The notes under the pieces: generated by a model
The model's database searches: none
The model's input: the letters and a program-made list of their open reading frames with translations, nothing else
Told to the model about the DNA's origin: nothing
Translations under genes and position numbers: made by a program
From: Octopus vulgaris
Lineage: Eukaryota
Assembly: GCA_951406725.2 (NCBI GenBank)
Contig: OX597830.1
Span: forward strand, 29,884,001-29,948,000
Length of the DNA stretch: 64,000 nucleotides
Reading direction: 5' to 3'
Shown: piece after piece, positions 41,316 to 55,171 of the stretch
Numbering within the stretch: position 1 is the stretch's first letter
Layout of the letters: each line of letters starts with the position of its first letter

Positions 41316-41533
41316 TAATTTAGGGTATCTAAGAGATACCACCATGTTGGAAATAGCAGCCAAAACTTGACTCTAAAACCACATTAAATGTTCATACAGT
41401 ACCAAGAGAGAAAGTGGTGGTATCTCTTTGATGCCCCGAATTATAATTTTATTAATAATTATTACCCTTGAAAGTTTTTATTCCCTTGCTGGTCACTTGA
41501 TAAGATCAGTAAGTAACGATCTTATCCTTATGC

Positions 41534-41535
<2 letters not shown>
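41311..41535. repeat. short element with 34-bp inverted arms (41311-41344 and 41415-41448) and a tail, between (TA)n tracts
   Basis: aattataatttagggtatctaagagataccacca vs tggtggtatctctttgatgccccgaattataatt. Confidence 0.7.
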
Positions 41536-41569
<34 letters not shown>

Positions 41570-42589
41570 GTGGGGAGAGCCTGTGAGCAATCGAAATAAG
41601 CCCGATGAAGAAAGGCTTTCCAATCGTAATTATTCGATCTTATGTTCAGCAACTCTGCATTTAGGACTACAATATTCAATGGAACTTTTGTTATTTTAAG
41701 ACGATATTGAGCAGTTTGAGGGAAATTTCAATGCTATTTGTAGGAGAAGGGTCAAGCACGTAGATGCTGCCTATTTGGAATTCGTGTCACGTGTTGTAGT
41801 AATCGAATTCTGTATTTTTTCGGCCATTTTAAGTCTACATCAAGGAATATTTTTTTAAGGAAAAATGTATAGATTGAGGTTGAAATTATGACAAGGTAAA
41901 TAAAATTGACGAAACAATAAAAAAAGGTGAGAGAAACGAATGGAATAGTGCAAATATAAAGAAAAATTAAATCAAAAACAGATAAAAAAACAACGATGTT
42001 ACATTTTTTTTCAAATCGCTGAATAAACCCACATGGTGATTCTAGCAAATTACATAATAAGTAGGGGGTGAATAATCTTTCTAATTATATTGGTATCCAT
42101 TGTGTTCTCGAGTTTTCTCTAAGAATAAGATATTTTTGCAGACAAAATACTTGAAGAATATGGTAATAGGTAAGAATTTTAGTAAATCGCTCTCAGATCA
42201 CGTTTCCGATTCGAAAAAAAAAAATGCAGAAAATATTTTAAGAAGCAACAAATTTCGTGTAAGTTCTTCATAGTGTTCAATAAATAAATAAATAAAATAA
42301 ATAATAGAAGTAAAAGTAAGAACAAACAAAACATTCGAAAAAAGAAAAAAAGCGCATCAAAATCTGAATCATTACTATCAAAGAGAAAAAAAATACAGAA
42401 ATTCTTTGTTTTGACTTGACTTTTAGATTTTTTTGTTATTACAATCTTCGTTCATATTTTTTTTTTTCAGTTTCTTTTTTTTTTTTGCGTTTCTGAAGAT
42501 TTGAAGCATTTCTATCTCGAGTAGCATCTCACCGCAGGTTTAAAAAAAAAACACACACACACACTCACTTAGGATATTTTATGTTACTT

Positions 42590-43010
42590 TATTATTTCCT
42601 GCTTCTACGGTGGTCTCAGTTATTGGACTGCCACCTTACTGGAGCATCATCTTAAATTTACTTTTCGTTCAGTTATCTATATTCACAGTAGCAGTTATTT
42701 TAGTCTAGGACTAATTTTATTAAACTATTTGCTCTATTCCTCAGGTAATTTCGATAAAACACGATGCATCTCGATCCACTAGATAACAGAAATACATAAA
42801 CACATAAAATGTGCATAGACACACACATGTATATGTCTGTATTTGAGATGTATATACTTCGTCCATTTCCCCTTTAATAAATCCACTCGCCAGACTGGTC
42901 GGCTCCGGTCTATAGTAGATGACACCTGGCCTAAGTGCAACAAAGTAAAGCTGAATCCGTGACTATGTGTTTAGGAAGCAAGTTTCTTGCCTAACAGTCA
43001 CGCCTTCGCC
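42590..43010 (-). mobile_element. SINE family A, old and diverged
   Basis: ggactgccaccttactggagcatc...aaatccactcgccagactggtcggctcc...tatagtagatgacacctggcc. Confidence 0.6.
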
Positions 43011-43911
43011 TCTGTGAATGTGCTCGTGTTGAACAGTAAATATTGCATCCTTTATATCTGCATGTTTTCGAAATTCTATCTCTTCATTATACTTCGTGAT
43101 GTATTTCTTTCGGTTAATGCGCTCACTGCTAGCACTATCGTTACGCACACTTCGTGTTCGCTACATCTAAAGCCAATATGCTTTTAGCTGTTTATTAAAA
43201 GTATATTGTCCGTATATGTCCGAAAAGGAACGTTTTGTTTTATGCCGTGTAATAGAAAATATCTTATTCGAAAAATACTCAGTTTAAAGAAGCTCAAACA
43301 TTGTAAATGTGTTGCATTAATTACAATTTAGTCAGACTCGTCTCTATCAAAATAGTGTACTGTTTTTAATTACTATTCCCAAATTATTCCCCAGTTGGAA
43401 ATGCAACTTTAAATGTGCTTTTGAGATTTGTGCATAAATCATCGAGCGAATTTTCTACTATCTCTTCTATTCCCTTTAGAAATCAGTATGCTTTAATTGG
43501 TGAATTTCAAGTTTGGGAAGGCATATTTCTCAAGTCATTGCATTCAATATTTCTTTGCAGCTGGGTAATGCGAGTTGTCTTGTTCTGTGAAAAAAATTAG
43601 CACGAAGACGGCTGAGTTGTCGTGGTGCAACATCTAGGGGGTTTTTTTGTCGTTGCTTCAAGCCTTTTATTTTGTAGCACGTCTCTCATACGTCCCAAGG
43701 CATACAAGAAAAACTGTTTGGTGATCATCTCATCGTGTGAAACAATTTCATTAAGATTTAAAATCTCTAATAAAAATGAAAAAAAAAGGGGTAACGAACG
43801 CTCATCATTTTTATATTTAACACATTCCGATGTTTATTAGTAGACGAACTGAAACTATCAAAAGAACTTCGACAACGGCTTTTATGTTCTCACATCGTAG
43901 TCGTGCACTCA

Positions 43912-44150
43912 CGAGCTGGCAGAATCGCTACCACGATGGTCGAAATGCTACGTTCTGAGTTCAAATTCCGCCGAGGTAGACTTTGCCTTTCATCCTTTCT
44001 GGGTCGATTAACTAAGTACCAGTTACGCACTGGGGTCGATATAATCGACTTAATCGGTTTGCCTGTCCTTGTCTGTTCTCTCTGTGTTTATCCCCTAGTG
44101 GGTAGAAAATGAATAGGTATTTCACCCGTCGCTACGTTCTGAGTTCAAAT
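43912..44150 (+). mobile_element. SINE family C with partial tandem re-start
   Basis: gagctggcagaatcg...ttctgagttcaaattccgccgagg...ttacgcactggggtcgat; second ctacgttctgagttcaaattcc at about 44132. Confidence 0.85.
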
Positions 44151-44557
44151 TCCTTGTGGGGAAATCTTAAGCGATTAATTTTAGGGCAACATTCTGCATC
44201 TTCAGTTTTTGTGTTGCATATCATTTGGCACAAAAACATTCCTAGATGCTCAAAACTTCATGGAATGTGTTAAGGGCTAATATAGAGATTATGGAATACT
44301 CCGCATACGGCAAATTGTTTTTGGCAACGGTGTTGAGCATTTACGTTAAGATCTTTTAAAAAATATTTCTTTAAATTTTGTAACTGTATCAAAAAATTTT
44401 TGCAAAACCATCTAAATAAATATATGTGTATGTGTGTGTGTATGTGTGTGTGTGCGTGTGGTGTATGTATGTGTGTGTACGTATATGTGTGTGTATGTGT
44501 GTGCGTGTGTGTGCTTTTGCGTGTTTGTTGCTCCCCGCAGCCGTTTGACAACTAGTG

Positions 44558-44942
44558 AGGCGCAATGGCCCAGTGGTTAGGGCAGCGGACTCACGGTCAC
44601 AGGATCGCGGTTTCGATTCCCAGACCGGGTGTTGTAAGTGTTTATTGAGCGAAAACACCTAAAGCTCCACGAGGTTCCGGCAGGGGATGGTGGTGATCCC
44701 TGCTGTACTTTTTCACCACAACTTTCTCTCACTCTTACTTCCTGTTTCTGTTGTACCTGTATTTCAAAATGCCGGCCTTGTCACTCTCTGTGCCACGCTG
44801 AATATCCCCGAGAACTACGTTAAGGCTACACGTGTCTGTGGAGTGCTCAGCCACTTACACGTTAATTTCACGAGCAGGCTGTTCCGTTGATTCGGATCAA
44901 CCGGAACCCTCATCGTCGTAACCGACGGAGTGCTTCCATCCA
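44558..44942 (+). mobile_element. SINE family B (tRNA-Arg-like head), tail type 1, inserted into an old family A copy
   Basis: A box tggcccagtggttagg, B box ggtttcgattcc; perfect 12-bp TSD tgacaactagtg at 44546-44557 and 44943-44954. Confidence 0.92.
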
Positions 44943-45941
44943 TGACAACTAGTGTTGGCTTGTTTGCGTAACTGAGCGGTTCGGCCAAAGTCGTTCTTAG
45001 AATAAGTATTATACATAAACGTAGCTACAAGTGTCGGTGTGTTCGAGTAACAGAACCCTTCGAAACGGAACCCCAACATGATCTCAGTCCAATGATTGAA
45101 GCAGATGCAATATAAAGTGTAAAAGAGGGGAAAAATAATGAATAAACGCCAGTGTTGATATCACTGCTCTTGTTGTTGTTATTTAACACCTATGCCAACT
45201 AACAGTGTACAGGTGTATGATCAAATACATTCCAGTTATGATATTCCCACCTTTTAAATGGATACATAAAAACGCGGTATCTAACATGTCGGTTATTTAG
45301 AAATTAAGCTAGAGTGTGATTTCAGGGTGATTTAGCTGATGTTTATAGCAAATGGAGAGACTAGGTATCAGCTTTCTCTTGTTCGCTCGTTAATGTTGCT
45401 GTTATTTTTATTGACATCGTCACGAAAAAAATAAATGGTGAACTTTTAAAAAATCAGAGAAGCTAAAATCTGTTTATGAGATATCAGTAATGTTTCTATA
45501 CATCAATTTCTCCTATCAAAATACAAAGCAAAAAAAGAAAAAAAAAGAAGAAAAAGAAAAAAGCATAACAAATATATAATGCATGCATGGATACATATAC
45601 ACACACATTAATGCATGTATACATAGTTACACATATATATACATATGTACATACATGCACACAGAAATGCATACGTACATACGTACATACGTGTCTACAC
45701 CTATATACTCATCTATGGATTTTTTAATAGTGAATCTGAAGTGTTAATGTTTGTACACATTTATATTTATGATTTGTTTGCAGTGGATTATATGAACGTC
45801 GTGTTTCCGATGGTGTGTTAACGTTTGTGCAAAATATATATTATACATCTCAGTTTGTGATTTGTGTTTTATTATTTTTTTTTTCCACGTATGAATATCT
45901 GCTCGTGTGTGTATATTCTTGTGTGTAGTTGCGTGCGAGTG

Positions 45942-45973
<32 letters not shown>

Positions 45974-46581
45974 CATACATGTACACATATATACATACAT
46001 ATATATATATACATATATCAGTAGTATAATTATTCATGGAACGTTATATTAGTGTTAACCACTGTAATTCTCTATCTGTCTGTATATGAAGTGTATAGTG
46101 TCATTATTTTGAATTAGTCAGCTTTAGCAAATGTTCTCTCCTATCTCATAAGATTACTGACTGACAGCTAGTGGACATCAAAGTAAGGTCTAAAGATGAT
46201 GTATAGTGTGACAAGAAAATAGATAATATATCTTTACAACTGAAGCGAATTTTCACACGGTCTGCCATAATATTTTATTACAAGAATTTTCTTTTGCGGC
46301 TACAAATAGCATTACGATATATTAAAAGAAAGAACAACCAAAAACCAAATGTTGGGTGAAGATGACTGAGATAACGAAAACAGAAAAAAAAGATGGACTT
46401 GGTATTTTTTTTTATTAATTAACTTCCATACTCACAGTTACAGGTTCGAATCCATCACTGGTATAGTGACTTCTCTCTCGCTTTTAACACAAGTACGCCG
46501 ATAAGGGAACCTCTATAATTTTTTTTTATCTGTTCGATAATGTAGCTAGATGTCGCTCAAATAAAACATAAATATATTTAA

Positions 46582-46801
46582 CCCTTGAGCATTCAGATTA
46601 CCCTGTCAAATTTGATGCTTATTTATTCACATTGTTTTGAAGCGACCATGAATAATCTTACAGCTTTGATATTTTTATGTTGTAATTGCATACTTTTAGA
46701 ATGACATTGTAAGGTAGGAGTAAGAGGCTGGATCTGGCCAGTTTGGACATAAAACAGGTACAATATTTGGGCTGGATATGGCCGGTTTAAATGCCAAAGT
46801 G
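46582..46801. mobile_element. piggyBac-like MITE
   Basis: TTAA at 46578-46581 and 46802-46805; ends cccttgagcatt / aatgccaaagtg are imperfect inverted repeats. Confidence 0.65.
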
Positions 46802-46929
46802 TTAAGAATTGCTAAACCTCATGCATTATGCATGGGAAAAGATGGCATTGTCGCAGTTGAAATACAGTTAACCTTACATCTCCGCGACAAATCAACTGCG
46901 AAATATCATCAGCAACCACAACATAACAT

Positions 46930-47145
46930 GCCAACATAACATGGGCAGTCCTGTTTTAGGACTAATGCGGCTATAATTTAGCCCCAGGAGACATCGTCTC
47001 CAGCTGGCTATACGACACGATCTGTGTCCTTATATTTTCTAACAAGCGACGTAGATCGTGTCGTATAGCCAACTGGAGACAATGTCTCTTGGGATTAAAT
47101 TACAGCAACATTAGTCCTAAACCAGGACTGCTATGTTATTTTGGC
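46930..47145. mobile_element. palindromic MITE (arms about 46930-47028 and 47048-47145)
   Basis: gtctccagctggctatacgacacgatct / agatcgtgtcgtatagccaactggagac; related to 7530-7932. Confidence 0.85.
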
Positions 47146-47517
47146 AAACAATCTTTGCTACAAAGTACTGTTGCTGAATATCTCTGGTTGTGAGATTAAA
47201 AAAAAATAAATTCCTAACCACAACAATGATGCAAAATATTTGATAATATAAACATTAGTAAACAGGATAGATTATAGTAGATCAAAGAAATGTAAAAACA
47301 ATAAACGCATATTAATGCATACAAGCATACACCATCGTCACCATAATCGCTGTCATCATCACCATCATTACCATTTTCGTCGTCGATGGTAGCATGCTCA
47401 TGTTTCTGGTGGTGGTCTTTGTCGTTTTATAACCGCTTTCTAAGCTGTTATGATTTAGGAGAATCATTTCGATCTGAGAACAGTCCTATTCAGATTTAGA
47501 CAGGTATTCAGTTCATC

Positions 47518-47838
47518 GGAGGCGCAATGGCCCAGTGGTCAGGGCAGCGGACTAGCGATCGGAGGATCGCGGTTTCGATTCCCAGACCGGGCGTTGTGTG
47601 TGTTTATTGAGCGTAAACACCTAAAGCTCCACGAGGCTCCGGCAGGGGTGGTGGTGACCCCTGTGATACTCTTTCGTCACAACTTCCTCTCACTCTCTCT
47701 TCCTGTTTCTTGAGTAACGCTGCGATGGACTGGCGTCCCGTCCAGCTGGTGGGGGGGAATACATACGCCATAGAAACCGGGAAACCGAGCCCATGAACCT
47801 GGCTAGGCTTGAAAAGGACGCATAAATAAAAATAAATA
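47518..47838 (+). mobile_element. SINE family B, tail type 2
   Basis: same head as 44558 up to tcctgtttct, then gcgatggactggcgtcccgtccag...gaaaccggg...(TAAA)n; TSD attcagttcatc 47506-47517 / attctgttcatc 47839-47850. Confidence 0.9.
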
Positions 47839-48504
47839 ATTCTGTTCATCAAGTAACCACATCTCTTATTTGGCTCTGGTTTTACGGCCAAAAGCCTCTT
47901 CTATGACTGAACATTTCACTGCGTGTAGTGAGTATATATTACTGAGGCACCAACATTCCACGATATAGACGCTCGTACAGAGCGAAATGACCGAACACGT
48001 AAATATTAATAGAAGAAATGATATTGACAAAGGAACTATGGTGACTTGGAGTAAGGAGATTTATGTGTGTAAGTTTGTGTGCATGTGGGGTGTGTATATG
48101 TGTCATGTGATCACGCGATTGATCAGACTTTCGGATATTCTTATACATTGCTAGTCCCAAAGTGCTTTAATAAATCGCTTTTTTGCATTCCAATGATGCC
48201 ACACCGCTGGCTAGGTGTGCAGGCCAACTACTTTCAAATCAACGACGCATTTACATAGTCGTGGTTCCAATAGAACTCGATTGGTCTGTCCCTACATATG
48301 TCGAGTTTTCCCAAAAAGCTTCTGGGCTGGTTGCCCATTTCTGATGTATAAAATTAGCGAATACCCATTGTGCATTCTCTCACTCTCTTTCTCTTTCTCT
48401 TCCATTATTTCCTCTGTATGTATGTGGGTATGTATGCATACATACACACACATACACACACAAACGCATATAAACGCACACACACACACTCAAATATATA
48501 TATA

Positions 48505-48896
48505 TACATACATACATACATACATACATACATGCATACATGCATACATACATACATACATGCATGCATGCATACATACATACATACATACATGCATACA
48601 TACATACATACATACATACTTACATGCATACATACATACATACATGCATGCATACATACATACATACATGCATACATACATACATACATACATACATACA
48701 TGCATGCATGCATACATACATACATACATACATACATACATACATACATACATACATACATACTTACATACATACATACATACATACATGCATACATACA
48801 TACATACATACATACACACATACATACATACATACATACATACATACATACATACATACATACATACATACATACATACATACATACATACATACA
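48505..48896. repeat. (TACA)n tetranucleotide array with TGCA variants
   Basis: direct reading. Confidence 0.95.
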
Positions 48897-49071
48897 GAGC
48901 CAGAAAGGAGAAAGCTGATTCGAAGACTACAGATCCAATCCATCACTGGAACTGTAAAAATTTGTAAATCTTCCCCGAAGCTTATCATTTTAGTATATAT
49001 GAGCATGTCTAGATATGCAGGTATATGCATGAGAAGACATCATAAAACAAAATAGAGATATCTGCACATAT

Positions 49072-49461
49072 GGATGGATGGAAGCACTCCGTCGATTACG
49101 ACGACGAGGGTTCCGGTTGATCCGATCAACGGAACTGCCTTCTTGTGAAATTAACGTGTAAGTGGCTGAGCACTCCATATACACGTGTACCCTTAACGTA
49201 GTTCTCGGGGTGATTCAGCGTGACACAGAGAGTGACAAGGCCGGCCCTTTGAAATACAGGTACAACAGAAACAGGAAGTAAGAGTGAGAGAAAGTTGTGG
49301 TGAAAGAGTACAGCAGGGATCACCACCATCCCCTGCTGGAGCCTCGTGGAGCTTTTAGGTGTTTTCGCTCAATAAACACTCACAACGCCCGGTCTGGGAA
49401 TCGAAACCGCGATCCTACGACCGCGAGTCCGCTGCCCTAACCACTAGGCCATTGCGCCTCC
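49072..49461 (-). mobile_element. SINE family B, tail type 1, full length
   Basis: reverse complement of 44558-44942; TSD ctgcacatat at 49062-49071 and 49462-49471; (CCAT)n tail. Confidence 0.92.
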
Positions 49462-49919
49462 CTGCACATATACATACATACATACAGAGAAAAATACCCT
49501 GCTGGTGTGTTGCTGAATTTCCAATGAAGTAGACTTGGATCCAGGCTAGAAAGCGGCTCTTTCTCTATGGGCAACAAATCTTGAAATAAAATTGAATAAT
49601 CACATAAATACACACGTATGCAAGCACATAAGTGTAAAAACCAGGCCTAGAAAAGAGGAGTGAGGTGGAGTAAGATATGGTGCTTTAAACAATTTGAGGA
49701 ACATCGTATGATGGTCGATTACGTGAACATCGGTTTGATGAGCGATAATAATTTGTGAAGTTTTGCAGGTTCAATAAAACATCGTTTACACATACATATA
49801 TACATACATATATACATACATATATACATACATGCATGCATAAATACATGTATATATATGTATGTATATGCGTTACGTTACGCAACGGTTTGCACCACCT
49901 TCACCATTTACATATAATG

Positions 49920-50240
<321 letters not shown>

Positions 50241-51073
50241 ATATCTATTATTATTTGTGCACGTTCTCTTCCTGTGGGTTGCTAATCGCGCATTTGTAGT
50301 AGCACCGAATTTGCTTTAGAACTTTAAGATTTACATCTAAATGTAGTCGAGTATTGTACATGATGCTTTCACTGTACAGCCATTATCGGACATAAATTAG
50401 AGGTTAAACGAAACTCCAGTTTGATTTTCACCTTATAGCAAATGTCAGTCTGAGGTAATACAGAGAATCTTTAGTACATATCACTGCAGAAGTACATTCA
50501 TAAGTAAAATAACAGTTCTTAGATTCCTTACCAATAGCTAAATGTACAACACACCATATGTTTGCAGGCCCTAAATTTGAGAATAAAGGTATATTGGAAT
50601 GCTTTAATGAGGAAAGAAACATCAAAGCCGGCAATAGTTGAGCATATATGATGCGAGAAAAGAAAACATATGCCATTATGGGAGGATATGTCCATAACTT
50701 ATAGAGAATTACAGTGGAACCTTAGAAAAATCATTTATGCGATGCATATAATGCTTGCTGATATACCAATTAGAAACGTTGGCACAGGTATTAAATCAAT
50801 ATTGCTGATGTAAGGTGTGAATTGTTAGAGTCGTTACAGTGTTGATTTGAATGCCTGAGATAATAATTGGCTACGATTCTCTTCCTTCTGAGATCAAATC
50901 CCACCGAGGTCAACTTTGCATTTCAAATGTTTATAAGTATTTGTACAATTTCTGCGACTACATTAGTGCCAAGACCTTTCGGGGGCATTTAGGTGGCTTC
51001 TCTTGAATAAACATCGGTACCGAGGTGGAAAAAAAAAACATAAAGTCATGGACAGGTGCTTGCCTTCTAGAAA

Positions 51074-51148
<75 letters not shown>

Positions 51149-52469
51149 CATATGCAGATGCATAATCTGAACTTATGGAAGGGCAGCCTTACATTGCTGA
51201 TAGCATTGAGAGGTAAATTTTAGTATATTGAATTCGCAAAAATATAGCCTTCCTTATAAGGGTAAAGGATATACTTACTTGAGAAAGAAATGTCTCTACT
51301 CATTAGTAAATGTGTGTTTAAGGACATATCATATATTAAGTGAAGCTTTAGGTTTCCTTATTCTTTTCTGCTATCAATTAATGATCGCAACTTGGTCTAC
51401 TTCTGGTTATTAAAAATTTACTCTCAGAAAATAACGTCCATAAATTGACAACGTTTATTCCTGAAATATACTTCTGTTTTTAATTAATCAGTCTACCTTT
51501 CTTGCGTCCGCATATATTTAGGTACATTTACATTCGTTATACCTATGACTCGCCTCTCTTCGTGTGAGCATTGTAGATATATAACACGATGGTATCAGCT
51601 ATAGAATAATGGATTGAGAATGCAATAAGTAGGTTTCTTGTGTTCTTGTATAGGTACTTCAGTTCACTTAGCTTCTAATTTATTACATTGAAGATGTAGA
51701 CTGTAATGGATGTCTATTTATTGTACGTTGCTGGCATTAAGTTTGGCTCGTAATATAACTCTCCTTCTTCTGTAGGTTTTTTCTTTCTTCACCTCTGTTT
51801 TTATGTACGTCTTATCTTATCAGTATCAAGTTCCGGAGTATTTTTTTTAGGTTAGTTCTATTAACTCATTTCAATGTATAAATCAGCCTTAATGATTTGA
51901 GTTTTAATTAATTTACGTCTTCTAAGAGTAGCTTTGACACATATGCATAATCTTATACTTACTTTGACATCAATACTGATTCCATGTATAAGTTTTAGTA
52001 GATACACCAAAAAGAAATATTTTGTATATGGCTTTAAGTCACCTATGGAGAGGATATAGTTTACAGTTTATGTGTAGCATCTGCAAATATTGGTAATTTA
52101 TTTGAACATATTTATGAGTTGAATCTAGGTAAGGTAGATAAGTCCCACTTAAATAAATGTATTTTCTAACAGGGATCGGATAGGGTACTAGGAGCGAGGA
52201 AGCATCATTATATTCTTATCCTTATTTTCTTTTTATTTTTGTTGTTGCATTACATTAAATTTTATGACCATATTTCTGTGTTTCAATAATGTGTTTTAGT
52301 GATTGAAGTCTATTTATATGGCCACACACGCACACACTCAAACACACACGCACTCATTCACTTACACACACACACGCATTAATATATATATTGATTTAGG
52401 ATTTTATTCAATATTGTACTGAATTTCAAGCACACCACTTTACATTTGTACATGAAATATGATATGATA

Positions 52470-52518
<49 letters not shown>

Positions 52519-52520
<2 letters not shown>

Positions 52521-52671
52521 CGCAGGAGTGGCTGTGTGGTAAGTAGCTTGTTTACCAACCACATGGTTCCGGGTTTCAGTCCCACTGCGTGGCACCTTGG
52601 GCAGGTGTCTTCTACTATAGCCTCGGGCCGACCAAAGCCTTGTGAGTGGATTTGGTAGACGGAAACTGAAA

Positions 52672-52713
<42 letters not shown>

Positions 52714-52910
52714 ATGTTTGTGTGTCTGTGTTTATCCCCTAGCATTGCTTGACAACTGATGCTGGTGTGTTTATGTCCCCGTCACTTAGCGCTTCGGCAA
52801 AAAGAGACCGTTAGAATAAGTACTGGGCTTACCGGGGTCGAGTTGCTCGATTAAAGGCGGTGCTCCAGCATGGCCGCAGTCAAATGTCTGAAAGAAGTAA
52901 AAGAGTAAAA

Positions 52911-52912
<2 letters not shown>
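52519..52912 (+). mobile_element. SINE family A, full length
   Basis: tRNA-like A box gtggctgtgtggtaag and B box gggtttcagtccc, CORE-like ccttgggcaggtgtctt, internal (TG)n, tail gtaaaagagtaaaaga. Confidence 0.9.
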
Positions 52913-52957
<45 letters not shown>

Positions 52958-53025
52958 CATACATACATACATACATACATACATGCATACATACATACAT
53001 ACATACATACATACATGCATATGTC

Positions 53026-53548
53026 GAGAAAAAAAGACAGTCAGAATTTTGGACAATTCTTTATAACGCTTTCGTTAGTTTATCGCACTCGCTAAGACAA
53101 AATTAAAGCCAAAATGATAAAAACAGCACATTTCATAGTTCTTTTATGTGAATCAGATGTTTTTTTTTTGCTTTGTTTAGAATAGAAGAAAAAAATTTTT
53201 TTGCTGTTTCGTTAAGGGGGAAAGTGAGAAAGAAAAGCAAGAGGGGGAGAAATAGACCTAGAGTGATGTTCCTTTTCAATTATATTGTTTGTTTTGGACA
53301 AAAATAAAATAATATAATTGAAAAGAAACATCTCTTTTGGTCTATTTTATCCGCTTATTGCTTTTCTTCCCCACCTTCTAAACAAAGCAAAAAAAAAAAC
53401 AAATGCAAAAAACATCCGATCCACATAAAAGAAGAAAGAACAGTTCTGTTTTCATCATTTTGGTTTCAATTTTGTCTTGAGGAGTTCGATAAACGAACGA
53501 AAGCATCAATAAGGAACTATCCAAAATTCTAACTGCCTCCTTTTTCTC
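53026..53548. mobile_element. about 520-bp whole-length palindromic foldback element centred near 53290
   Basis: gagaaaaaaagacagtcagaattttggacaattctttat / ataaggaactatccaaaattctaactgcctcctttttctc; inner gatgttccttttcaattatatt / aatataattgaaaagaaacatc. Confidence 0.85.
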
Positions 53549-53623
53549 AGTAGACAATATCTGTACACCAATTCAAACACTCTACGCATACATACATTTA
53601 TATATAACTATATATATATATAT

Positions 53624-53702
<79 letters not shown>

Positions 53703-54439
53703 CATACATACGCATATACACACACATATATATATGCATGCATGTATATATATTTATATATACCTGCGCACACATACCAGCGGATACATACCCCCCCCCC
53801 CGCGCACACACACGTAGAAGTATATATTTACAGGCACAACATAAAGTTTACGGAATTCTTGGTTCCAAGGCCTTTTCGGATTGATGACTTTTCTCAGACC
53901 AATAGTGGGTCACATAGGTTGGCATAATCTTTGTCCACAAAAACAGTGTAAGAATACTATTGTTTTTTTCTAGAGTACTTTTGGGTGACACTCGGATGCA
54001 GGTATATATTGATATGGAAAGAAACTAACAAATCTATATTGGGAAAATTATAGTTAGACAAACGAGCAAGAAGGCATTCATGTAGAAAACATAAGTGGAT
54101 AAATTTATTGCACATCTTTGCCTCAGTGATAATACTTTAAAGATAATGAAAGAATGCAAATTTTCGCCAATCTCTCTCAGCAGAAAATCTTTTGTTGTCC
54201 TCGGGGAAGAAAGACATCAAATGTAACAGAGTAGTTCTTAGTAAATAACTATTTATTTTAGCATTGTGATGTTGTAACTTAAAGCGAAAGGCTAGGAAGA
54301 TTTAGGATCAGAATAATTCAATTTCCTAGTAGATGGGACACTGGGATAAGAATAGACGTTTGGAAATTTGGGGTATTCCTACATAATGTCAGGAACCATG
54401 TGAACTTTTGATCGGTTTGATGTTTTGTTAAATAATTGT

Positions 54440-54645
54440 TTCAAATTATGACACAAGGTCAGCGATTTCAATTGAGGGGTAAATCGATCACATTGATCCC
54501 ATTGATCAGCTGGTATTTATTTTATCGACCCCGAGAAGACGAAAGGCAAAGCAGACCTCGCCGAAATTGGAACTCAGAACGTTGTCATAAGAAATTCCTC
54601 TAAGGATTTTTCCGATGCGATAACGACTCTGCAAGCTCGCCTCCT
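54440..54645 (-). mobile_element. SINE family C, diverged
   Basis: tttatcgaccccgagaagacgaaaggcaaagcagacctcgccgaaattggaactcagaacg. Confidence 0.75.
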
Positions 54646-55171
54646 TGAAGTTTTGTTTAATATCAGTTTTTATCTCTTGCAAAGTGGTGTACACTTTGTT
54701 TAGCGGATTAAGAAAATCTTCCTTCTATCATTTGATATTCGACCGAACACCTGGGTATCACAGTCTCTCATGATGTTTCTTTTTATCCATCTTTTATCTA
54801 GCTACAGATGTGGAGATTGTATATCGATCCTGTTAACCACTGGCAGAACATGCAAAATTTAGTGGCATTCACCTCTCTTTCTCTGAATAAGCACAATGGA
54901 TGTGGTCACTCGACAGCCAACTATTATCCGTTTTGAATGAGAAGATAAAATATATAACAAAATTTTCGCTCAACTTACTGCGACATCCGAGAAAACAACG
55001 AAATAGTCCAACTGGAACATCGCTATTATGATTCTTCACGGTCAGGACTGTCACGGTTTAAATAGCAGGAAATACAACTGCAAAAACGAAATTATGAAGA
55101 AAATTACGATTGAATTCCAAAAGGGAATCCGTTAGAATAGATTCTCTTTTGAAATAATCTCTCATTCAAAC

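Noticed and set aside
44558-44630. tRNA-like sequences at SINE heads (also 47518, 49390-49461, 52519)
   Set aside because: They have A and B boxes but no complete cloverleaf, and continue into SINE bodies (with TSDs in the family B copies)
48215-49055. Longest ORFs (up to 250 aa, HTYI repeats)
   Set aside because: Entirely due to the (TACA)n array
51420-52190. Possible very old PLE coding remnant on the minus strand
   Set aside because: Too decayed to read diagnostic motifs by eye
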